Source of the DNA: a virus
IMG/VR virus record: IMGVR_UViG_3300042923_000253
Span: 5,455-69,454 of that record
Direction: 5' to 3' (one strand)
Length of the DNA: 64,000 nucleotides
Under the pieces are notes generated by a model. That model was given only the letters and a program-made list of their open reading frames with translations. It ran no database searches and was not told where the DNA came from. The stretch's first letter is position 1; every line of letters starts with the position of its first letter. Shown here piece by piece: positions 49,337 to 56,975 of this stretch. The position numbers were made by a program, and so were the translations under genes.

Positions 49337-49624
49337 GTCTATTCCTCCTTGTATTTGCCCGCCTATTTCAGCGACTATTTCCTCTATTGCATTAGGTGTT
49401 CAACTAGCACTCCTACCCGACTTGACGGTTTCAGTGCTCAATACTCCATTTGGCTGTCCTACCCTTAGTTCATTCTAAGTCCTTTTGTAGTCCTATTCCA
49501 GTCCGTGCGAGTCCTTGTATTTCCTTACCCATAAATCCCAGTCCTATGTGGTTGGTACTTATACTACTTGTGATCGATTTGGAGGTAGGATAGAAGGCTA
49601 CTCCACTAACCCTCAAATCTTGCG

Positions 49625-49732
49625 TCATATAACTCCATTTGCTATAGCCATCGAACCAAGTATCAGTACTATGCATACTATCACTATAAGTACTAGTCCT
49701 AAGCATTCCCTAACTGTCATTGTGTTGTCCAT
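49625..49732 (-). CDS. 35-aa membrane peptide (not in ORF track)
   Basis: AGGAGG RBS; MDNTMTVRECLGLVLIVIVCIVLILGSMAIANGVI. Confidence 0.5.
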   Translation of the reverse strand: MDNTMTVRECLGLVLIVIVCIVLILGSMAIANGVI

Positions 49733-49781
49733 AAATCCTCCTCTCTTACATTTATCATAAATCCTCCTCTCTTACATTTAT
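49730..49781. repeat. Perfect 2 x 26-bp tandem duplication containing RBS+ATG
   Basis: cataaatcctcctctcttacatttat occurs twice in tandem. Confidence 0.95.
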
Positions 49782-49785
49782 TAAC

Positions 49786-49829
49786 TGGTGGTTGGGGACT
49801 TGAACCCCTAAGTGTGTGCCACTCCACCA
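49786..49829 (-). ncRNA. tRNA-elbow-like element C
   Basis: TGGTGG-AGTGGCACACACT-TAGGGG-TTCAAGT-CCCCAA-CCACCA. Confidence 0.65.
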
Positions 49830-49843
49830 TTTCTGTCTATGTC

Positions 49844-50026
49844 CTAGTTGTCCTTAAATTCTGAATTGATGAATTCCTGTAATTTGGTGCCTTTTGCATG
49901 ATACTCGTCCAAATTCTCTGGCTCAATATTTATGTCTGGTAGTAGTGCGCACCAATCCTCTGCAGTATCTCTGCATGCTTCCTCTACCAATTTGTATACC
50001 TCGTCTGTCATAATTAGCTTCTTCAT
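49844..50026 (-). CDS. Hypothetical protein
   Basis: AAAGGTAGG RBS. Confidence 0.55.
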   Translation of the reverse strand: MKKLIMTDEVYKLVEEACRDTAEDWCALLPDINIEPENLDEYHAKGTKLQEFINSEFKDN

Positions 50027-50086
50027 ACATTCCTACCTTTCTGCCTCTGTGGGCGAGGGAGGAGTGCCCTCCCTCAGAATTTCTAT

Positions 50087-50761
50087 TTATGCTGTGATTT
50101 CTACATCGTTGGATTCCTCTGCCACGGTGTCCTTGGTCTCGTCAACTGGCTGATATCCTGCATCCTTGATCATCTGGTCGATATCGGATTTGGAGAGAGT
50201 GATTTTCTTAATCTGACCACTGATGATCTGCATAGGGTATACGATGTCGATATCCGCACCGTTGATCTCCATGTGTACTTCCATCTGGAGGTCTGCCCAT
50301 GCCCAGTTACCATTCTTGTCGTACTTACCCTCGGTGCAATAAGCTATCGGATTTCCCTTGGTGGTTGTGTGCATCGGGATGATGCTATCCAAGGAGATTT
50401 TCTTGAGGGTTGCCCTGTACTTGCATTTCTCTGCCAAGGATGCTACCGTCCACCACATTAACTCTGATGCATCCTCTTCAACTTGTGCATCTGTCGAATA
50501 CTTGTCGTATTTGCGGTTCCATGCTTGTGGTTGTAGTTCTGGTTGCCAATTCACACCGTAGATGTCGGCATTCTTGACTACCCATGCTCTGAATGATTCC
50601 CTGTCCGCTGTCTGGCTCAATCCCTCGGCTTTCCAGTCCGTATTCTTGCTGTCTGCTGAACCCACGATATCGTGTGTCTTGAAGAAATCTGCATGCCATC
50701 CATCTTCTGTCTTGCTGATTGCTACTCTGTTTGCTCTCTTCATCTCGTCTGTATTCTTCAT
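50087..50761 (-). CDS. Early paralog family member 1
   Basis: RANRV, ADFFKTH, RESFR..V.KNADIYG, GNWAWA, ISGQIKK. Confidence 0.8.
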   Translation of the reverse strand: MKNTDEMKRANRVAISKTEDGWHADFFKTHDIVGSADSKNTDWKAEGLSQTADRESFRAWVVKNADIYGVNWQPELQPQAWNRKYDKYSTDAQVEEDASELMWWTVASLAEKCKYRATLKKISLDSIIPMHTTTKGNPIAYCTEGKYDKNGNWAWADLQMEVHMEINGADIDIVYPMQIISGQIKKITLSKSDIDQMIKDAGYQPVDETKDTVAEESNDVEITA

Positions 50762-50822
50762 GGTTGTATCTCTCTCCCCTTATCCCTTGGGGGCTGGGTA
50801 TTGGGTCGCTATGCGCCCTATT

Positions 50823-50865
50823 GACGGTGGTGGGAGTTGCACCCACCCAGATGCCCTGTGTCGCC
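50823..50865 (-). ncRNA. tRNA-elbow-like element D
   Basis: GGCGAC-ACAGGGCATCTG-GGTGGG-TGCAACT-CCCACC-ACCGTC; same 43-nt geometry, two mismatches in the outer stem. Confidence 0.55.
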
Positions 50866-51059
50866 TAGTATGTCTTGTATGCATCGGTGTACCATACGTC
50901 CTCCTCTATCTCGTGTCTATACTGCTGTCTATCCTTGTCCCATGCTATGACTTCGATGTGCTTGGTCGTATCGTGGTTGGCTCTGTGTTCTGCACATACC
51001 CTGTCTATCTCCTTGTCGTGTGCTATGTCCTCTGTGCTATGTCTCTGTATTCTGCTCAT
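50865..51059 (-). CDS. First ORF of the early transcript, hypothetical
   Basis: AGGAGG RBS after a long structured leader. Confidence 0.55.
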   Translation of the reverse strand: MSRIQRHSTEDIAHDKEIDRVCAEHRANHDTTKHIEVIAWDKDRQQYRHEIEEDVWYTDAYKTY

Positions 51060-51175
51060 TGTGTTGCCCTCCTATTGCCCGACACCATCTGTGTCTGTCG
51101 GCTCTGCCCATCGTGGGCGAAGGGATGTCTGGGTCTCGCTCCCAGATGTCGGCTGACCGATCATCCCGTGGTACG

Positions 51176-51209
51176 TATTCAGTTGTCAAGGTGCGGAGCC
51201 TGTCACTCC
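51176..51209 (-). promoter_or_regulatory. rrn-like boxB hairpin + boxA candidate antitermination site
   Basis: GGAGT-GACAG-GCTCC hairpin directly followed by GCACCTTGACAACTGAATA. Confidence 0.45.
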
Positions 51210-51299
51210 AAGACGGAACCGAACCCCCTCGGCTTGAACCTCCGAACCGAGCACTTTAATCTGCGAAAGTGTGGCTCCTTGTTCCCTCGTCCTAAGACC

Positions 51300-51328
51300 A
51301 TTATACCACATGGAGGGCGAGCTGTCAA
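51300..51328 (-). promoter_or_regulatory. Outermost early sigmaA promoter
   Basis: TTGACA-N17-TATAAT with TG, followed by GGTCTTAGGAC. Confidence 0.9.
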
Positions 51329-51568
51329 GATAGGAGACACCCAGACGGAAAATAATCTATTCTACTTCGAAATATAATATAACATGAGGCTAAATAGTAT
51401 ACGTATCGACTCAAAAGTCATCAACAAGAAGAGTATATAATATATAATATAGATTTACACACGAGTCAAAATACCTATAATTACAATGTAGTACAAGTTT
51501 CAATCAAGACCTAGAAGTGTAAAGCACTAGATGGTCTAAACATACTTATCGAGGAAGGAGGTGAATAA

Positions 51569-52195
51569 ATGGCACAAAATATGGGCGGTACAGGGATGTA
51601 TCAATTAGCGTGTGAGGCTAGTCCACATAAGGATCAAATTGATATCTGGCTGAACGAAAATAAGCCTAATAAATTCATATCTGACAGCCTAAGAGAAATG
51701 GGAGACGAGTTCTATATATCTACCAATTCGATCGCAAAATATCGGCAATATAGGGAAGATATGATAAAAGAAGAACTCGAAGAACTACCAGAATTCAAGG
51801 CTAAGAAACAGGAAATACAGGCACAATTGAATGCATCAGTAGGTAAAGTACAAGTAGTTGATCTTATTGGCAGATTAGGAAATGTTATCGAAGATAGTGC
51901 GGTACTACTACAGCAAGCAAAATATGATGACATTAGAATTAATAACGTCAAAGATCTACGTATGGTACAACAGACTATGATCGAGGCAGTGAAGGTATAT
52001 AGTGAGACTATGCTGAATGCACAGAAGTTCAAGGCAATAGAGGATAATCCAGACTTACTGACAACAAATAATACCACAATAAATATAAATATCAAGAATG
52101 CATTATCTGATATTTTGAAAGGAGCAATAACTGATGGCGGAGATGGATTCGGACTTATTGACAGGCTTAGAAGTGGCATTGGAAAGTCTAACTGA
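51569..52195 (+). CDS. Terminase small subunit (putative)
   Basis: N-terminal HTH-like segment and coiled coil; overlaps the large terminase; AAGGAGG RBS. Confidence 0.7.
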   Translation: MAQNMGGTGMYQLACEASPHKDQIDIWLNENKPNKFISDSLREMGDEFYISTNSIAKYRQYREDMIKEELEELPEFKAKKQEIQAQLNASVGKVQVVDLIGRLGNVIEDSAVLLQQAKYDDIRINNVKDLRMVQQTMIEAVKVYSETMLNAQKFKAIEDNPDLLTTNNTTININIKNALSDILKGAITDGGDGFGLIDRLRSGIGKSN

Positions 52196-53924
52196 GAATG
52201 ATATAAAAGAAATATTGGCTACTATAGATCCCGTAAGCTGGATCGAGAATAGACGTATATTGAAGGGTAAACCTTTCTCATTCGAAAATAGAAATTACCT
52301 ACTTCAACCATATCGGGATGAAAGTAAGAATATCATATTTATGAAGGGCAGACAGGTGGAGATGTCAGAATTTAGTATGAACTGGTTGCTAAATAAACTG
52401 GATGTACATCCGTACACAACTGGTATACATGCATTTCCTCGTACTGGACAGGCTGAGAAGTTTACTAAACAGAGATTAAATAGTGCTATAAGCGATAGTG
52501 AATATATAAGGAACTGGAACGATGCTAGGAATTCTGAACAGGTAATGAGAAAATTTGTCAAGAAAGCCGATGCAAGAGGACTAGAACCATACAACTTCTA
52601 CATATTGGGTGGTACTTGGGAGTCGAGAAAAGATACAGTGGGTGATGCAGCCCGTGGTATCTCATTAGATTTCATAGTATACGATGAACGACAAGATCAT
52701 CCAGATGATGTAGAGACAGTAATCGGTGAGGGTGCATCCCATAGTGAATTCAAACAGACAATTACACTTGGTACACCTAAATTACCAGGTATACAGTTTG
52801 ACCAGCAATGGAATGTAAGCGATAAGAATTATTGGCACGTAACATGCGTACATTGTGGGTATACAGCACCAATCACCATGGACAATATATTGGATTCTGG
52901 TGACGAAGAGTTGGGATACTATTATGGATGCCCACATTGTAAGACACCACTTGATCGCAATAATGGAGTATGGATGGCTACAAATCCTCAAAAACGTCCA
53001 GAATATCGTGGGTATCACATCAATCAGTTGATGGTATGTTGGCTAGATCCGAATGAGATTATGACTAAGAAGAATAGTCCGACTTTCAGTAGGAGAAGAT
53101 TCTACAACGAGGTTCTAGGAGAATCCTATGGTGGCGATGATATACCTATTACGATAGCGATGATGGAAGAATGTGGTAAGAATGAATATCGGCTAGGACA
53201 ATTGGGTGAGAAAGAGCGAATATATTGCGGTGTCGATTGGGGTGCAAAATCGTATCTATGGATACACAATAAAAATCACAGATTAATTGACTTATATATT
53301 GCAGAAGAATCTGACCCACGTGAGCATCCAAAGACATTTGCCAAGCATATAGCTAAGTACAAACAATATGTGAAAAAGGTAGTATGTGATGCTGGTCCAG
53401 ATATAACTAGATACTATGCACTCCGTGATGAACTTGCTAGATTAAATGTAACCAGCCAAGTATTTGCATGCTACTATGCTACTCCACCAGCCAAAACTGA
53501 TGTATCATGGGATGATAAGAAGATGATCGTAACAGTTGGTAGATCGGAAGCAATAGAATGTATCATTGACGAGGTATCTGATACCAAGCTTATACTCCCA
53601 GGCTATGATTTAAGCAATGATAAGGTCGATACAGCAATTGAGCACTTCACTAATATAGCCGCAGAAAAGACAACAAACAAGTCTGGTAATGCATTTATAA
53701 TGTACGTTGATACTGGTCCAGATCATTTCTTACATGCAAAACTATATGCGGATATAGCAAGTGGAGGAGCAGAATACTTACCTATTGGTAAGAGTGCCGC
53801 ACCTATCACCAATCCAAGAGAAAGAACAAAATCTGGTATATGGTTACCATCTGGTGGGAATAGAACATTTCCAAAGACTAATACTGGAAGAAATAGGATA
53901 GGAAATAAGAGTAAAAGGAGGTAA
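52134..53924 (+). CDS. Terminase large subunit (lambda gpA-like with zinc finger)
   Basis: K.RQ..MSE Walker A, YDE Walker B, TP, CxxC...CxxC, FYN.VLG, GVDWG nuclease, DHF.H. Confidence 0.92.
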   Translation: MAEMDSDLLTGLEVALESLTENDIKEILATIDPVSWIENRRILKGKPFSFENRNYLLQPYRDESKNIIFMKGRQVEMSEFSMNWLLNKLDVHPYTTGIHAFPRTGQAEKFTKQRLNSAISDSEYIRNWNDARNSEQVMRKFVKKADARGLEPYNFYILGGTWESRKDTVGDAARGISLDFIVYDERQDHPDDVETVIGEGASHSEFKQTITLGTPKLPGIQFDQQWNVSDKNYWHVTCVHCGYTAPITMDNILDSGDEELGYYYGCPHCKTPLDRNNGVWMATNPQKRPEYRGYHINQLMVCWLDPNEIMTKKNSPTFSRRRFYNEVLGESYGGDDIPITIAMMEECGKNEYRLGQLGEKERIYCGVDWGAKSYLWIHNKNHRLIDLYIAEESDPREHPKTFAKHIAKYKQYVKKVVCDAGPDITRYYALRDELARLNVTSQVFACYYATPPAKTDVSWDDKKMIVTVGRSEAIECIIDEVSDTKLILPGYDLSNDKVDTAIEHFTNIAAEKTTNKSGNAFIMYVDTGPDHFLHAKLYADIASGGAEYLPIGKSAAPITNPRERTKSGIWLPSGGNRTFPKTNTGRNRIGNKSKRR

Positions 53925-53928
53925 TACA

Positions 53929-55494
53929 ATGTCAGCGGAAGAAAGAGGAATTACAGAACATGAGAGAATGACACCATATAAAGTCGTACTTGGTGGAACA
54001 CACGTTGTCGGATCATTGGGACTTGATGGCAAGATCAATTATGATACTAAAGCCATCACAGAAATGATCGCTGGACAATCTGGTAAAACTACTGGTCATT
54101 TCAGTACAACTGCACAGGTAGTATACAGATACAATTCATCTAGGAAGACAAGCCATAATAATATGTGGACATTATGGAAGAATAATCCCATAATGAACAA
54201 TCGTATAACCCAGCTAAACTCTCTAATATTCGGTACTGGACTTAAGTGGATCTACGATGAAAGCACACAGAAATTAATTGACAGGTTCTGGAGGGTAAAC
54301 CGACTTAGAAGTAAGCTCAATTCTATCGGTACAGATGGTCAGATTTACGGTGAAATATTCTTAGGTCTTTATCCACAAAGTAGTGGTGATGTATTAATGT
54401 CGGTCTACGAATCAAGACAGGTAGATATTGACTTTGATCCTGGCGATGTTAATAAGATCAATCGTTATATCATAACCTATAAGAATGAGGAAACTGGCAA
54501 GGAAGAGCAGTTCGATATGATGCCCATCGAGACATACCTTAATAACATCGAGTTCTCACAGGGTGTAAATACAGGTATTATAGGTAAAGTACGTAAAGCA
54601 TTAGGATTAACTGGTGCTTCCAAAGTGACTGGTAAAGGTGTAATGTGTCATATCAAATTCAATAATTCCAGTGGTGAGGTTTATGGTACATCTGATTTCT
54701 ATCAGGTATCAGATCTATTACAGGATTATATGGATTTCGTTGGAGATAGGTTAACCGTCCATCAATTATATGGTAGTCCAGCATATGATATCGAAATCGA
54801 TAGTGATGACCCACAGGTAATACAAGACAGAATTGAGGAACTCGCAAGCTTTACACTCGGTAGCAATCCAGTGCATAATAAGCAAGAGAAGTGGACACCA
54901 CTTGAGTTCAAGAGTGGGGCATTAGCACCAAGTGAAGATGATAAATTACTGCGCGGTCTATTAAGTGCTGGTACGAACTTTCCAGAGTTTATGCTTTTCA
55001 ACCAGATAGAAGCTGGTGGCGACGATAATACATTCTCTGTAACCAAGTTGGCACAGGATAGACAAGGAGCATTCAGGGATGCACTTGTTGATGTACACAA
55101 ATTTGTAGTTGCTATTGGCGGTGGAGATATAATGGCAGTTGATGATGGACAGATAGTATTTCCTGAAATTGACACTATGTCAGAGAAATCTAAAGCAGAG
55201 ACATACGTACTCAAGGTTGGTGCTAATATCTGTTCTAGACGTACTGCGGCTATGAATATGGGACATAACTACGATATCGAATTGGAACGTATACAAGAAG
55301 AGTCAAAGATATTGTCACCATTATTGGAAGACCCAGATTTTGCGGGTGCGGCTGGTGGGTATACTTCGAATAGACTAAATAATTCAGCATCACAGGATCC
55401 TGGCGATAATGGTACTAGTGACAGGAAGAACAGAAATGATGCAACAAAGGTTAAGACAACACAGGTAATGTCATCAAATAAGATAAAAGATTAG
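53929..55494 (+). CDS. Portal protein
   Basis: Follows the terminase; I.GE.F and YG.SD motifs; 521 aa. Confidence 0.85.
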   Translation: MSAEERGITEHERMTPYKVVLGGTHVVGSLGLDGKINYDTKAITEMIAGQSGKTTGHFSTTAQVVYRYNSSRKTSHNNMWTLWKNNPIMNNRITQLNSLIFGTGLKWIYDESTQKLIDRFWRVNRLRSKLNSIGTDGQIYGEIFLGLYPQSSGDVLMSVYESRQVDIDFDPGDVNKINRYIITYKNEETGKEEQFDMMPIETYLNNIEFSQGVNTGIIGKVRKALGLTGASKVTGKGVMCHIKFNNSSGEVYGTSDFYQVSDLLQDYMDFVGDRLTVHQLYGSPAYDIEIDSDDPQVIQDRIEELASFTLGSNPVHNKQEKWTPLEFKSGALAPSEDDKLLRGLLSAGTNFPEFMLFNQIEAGGDDNTFSVTKLAQDRQGAFRDALVDVHKFVVAIGGGDIMAVDDGQIVFPEIDTMSEKSKAETYVLKVGANICSRRTAAMNMGHNYDIELERIQEESKILSPLLEDPDFAGAAGGYTSNRLNNSASQDPGDNGTSDRKNRNDATKVKTTQVMSSNKIKD

Positions 55495-55540
55495 AAATAA
55501 ATTAATGGAATGAACAGGATCAGTAAAAGCTTATCTCGTC

Positions 55541-55603
55541 TTTATTTTTCTTTTACTTATATCTGTTTTTCTTTTGAAAAGCTTCATAAAGCTTATCGTA
55601 TTG
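55541..55603. repeat. ~62-bp A/T-tract element, copy 2
   Basis: Reverse complement of 41867-41928. Confidence 0.85.
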
Positions 55604-55677
55604 TAACCGCCTCTCTAAAAATTATTTGTTTCGCAATAGTTAGATGAGGCGGTGAATTTAAATCAGGAGGCTCTAAT

Positions 55678-56910
55678 ATGGACGAACGCAATTCAGTGAT
55701 GGACTACATAATCCAACAAGCAAATAGGTACGATATAAATAATATGCAATTTGAGCAAGACATAATCCAGACAGTGAAGAGAAATAGAGTGCTATTAATG
55801 GCTAAGATATCTAATCTGGTAAAGAACGATATCGATACTCAATTGAGACTTGAACAACTATTAATGGAGATAAATAAGGTATACACTGGATTTAATATTG
55901 CATACAAGAAACTACTATTAGATAAGTTCAGTATATATGCTACCAAGGGATATGAGAATACAGCAGATCTTATTGAGTTAGGTAGAGAGGTATCTGGTAA
56001 GCTTAATGGAAAGCTTAAGGAATTGAAGAACGGATCTGATTATGATGAGTCTACCATTGATTATATCAGACAACATGCATTCGAACAGGTGTCTGACCTC
56101 AGTTATCAGAAGGTATCAAAGCTGAGATCTGATATCGCCGATATGATGCTTAATGGTCGTGCTAATAAGGCAAATGTCAGGGCATCTATAGAGAAGATAT
56201 TGGGAGTTGATAAGAGCAAGGCAGAAGAGATTACCCAATATGAGCTGAGTCGTGCATATAACTATGGCACAATGACAAGAATGAAAGAATACTCAAGAGT
56301 TTCTGGTGAGAAAGTTAGGAAATATTGGCATGGCTTCAAGTATTCTGATGTAACATGTGAATATTGTAGAGATCGTATTGGCGGAGTATATGATATGGAT
56401 GATGAAGAAGAGGTACTACCAGCACATATTAGATGTAGATGTGTATGGCTACCAGTGTTGGAATCATGGGATACACCAGTATCTAAGTCACTTATTGCTA
56501 AGGCTAATATGCTAAATACCGCATATTCAACAGATATGATTTATCAGAGGATTAATACTAGACTTGACATAAATTATGCTGAATACTTAAAACAAGATGC
56601 TGCTATAGATTATTTGAGTGGTGACCGATCGCAAAAGGTCATGAATGCATTAGGCAATGCAAGGGCAGAATATATCAACGATATAAAGAACTCATACGGT
56701 ATAACACCAGACACGAGGAATGGGTATATGTCAAATGAATTCAACTCACAGATGAGATTCTGGAAGGATATTACAGCAAGTGCGATAGCAGATAAAAATA
56801 GTGATTTATTATCGAGATCATCGGAAGCATTAAAGGGTGTGATGATATTACCATGGGACGTTGAGCAATTGGAAAAGTGGAACATATTATTATCTAGAAT
56901 ACATAGATGA
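55678..56910 (+). CDS. Minor head protein (SPP1 gp7 / Mu gpF-like)
   Basis: A..I...E..RAYN, K.W, TC..C, P.H..CRC. Confidence 0.85.
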   Translation: MDERNSVMDYIIQQANRYDINNMQFEQDIIQTVKRNRVLLMAKISNLVKNDIDTQLRLEQLLMEINKVYTGFNIAYKKLLLDKFSIYATKGYENTADLIELGREVSGKLNGKLKELKNGSDYDESTIDYIRQHAFEQVSDLSYQKVSKLRSDIADMMLNGRANKANVRASIEKILGVDKSKAEEITQYELSRAYNYGTMTRMKEYSRVSGEKVRKYWHGFKYSDVTCEYCRDRIGGVYDMDDEEEVLPAHIRCRCVWLPVLESWDTPVSKSLIAKANMLNTAYSTDMIYQRINTRLDINYAEYLKQDAAIDYLSGDRSQKVMNALGNARAEYINDIKNSYGITPDTRNGYMSNEFNSQMRFWKDITASAIADKNSDLLSRSSEALKGVMILPWDVEQLEKWNILLSRIHR

Positions 56911-56975
56911 TATTATGTATAATTACACACGGTGCATAAGACTCTAGTATTTGCTACGTAAAGGTGGTGAATTAA

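Noticed and set aside
49470-49706. 78-aa ORF from the track
   Set aside because: No RBS at its start; the strong RBS belongs to the 35-aa peptide in another frame.
46130-50865. True tRNA genes or attP tRNA fragments
   Set aside because: Only 43-44 nt, with no D stem or anticodon arm; the copies differ in sequence and no integrase is present.
50562-51377. 271-aa plus-strand ORF
   Set aside because: Antisense to the promoter-driven early transcript, no RBS, and a composition typical of a shadow frame.
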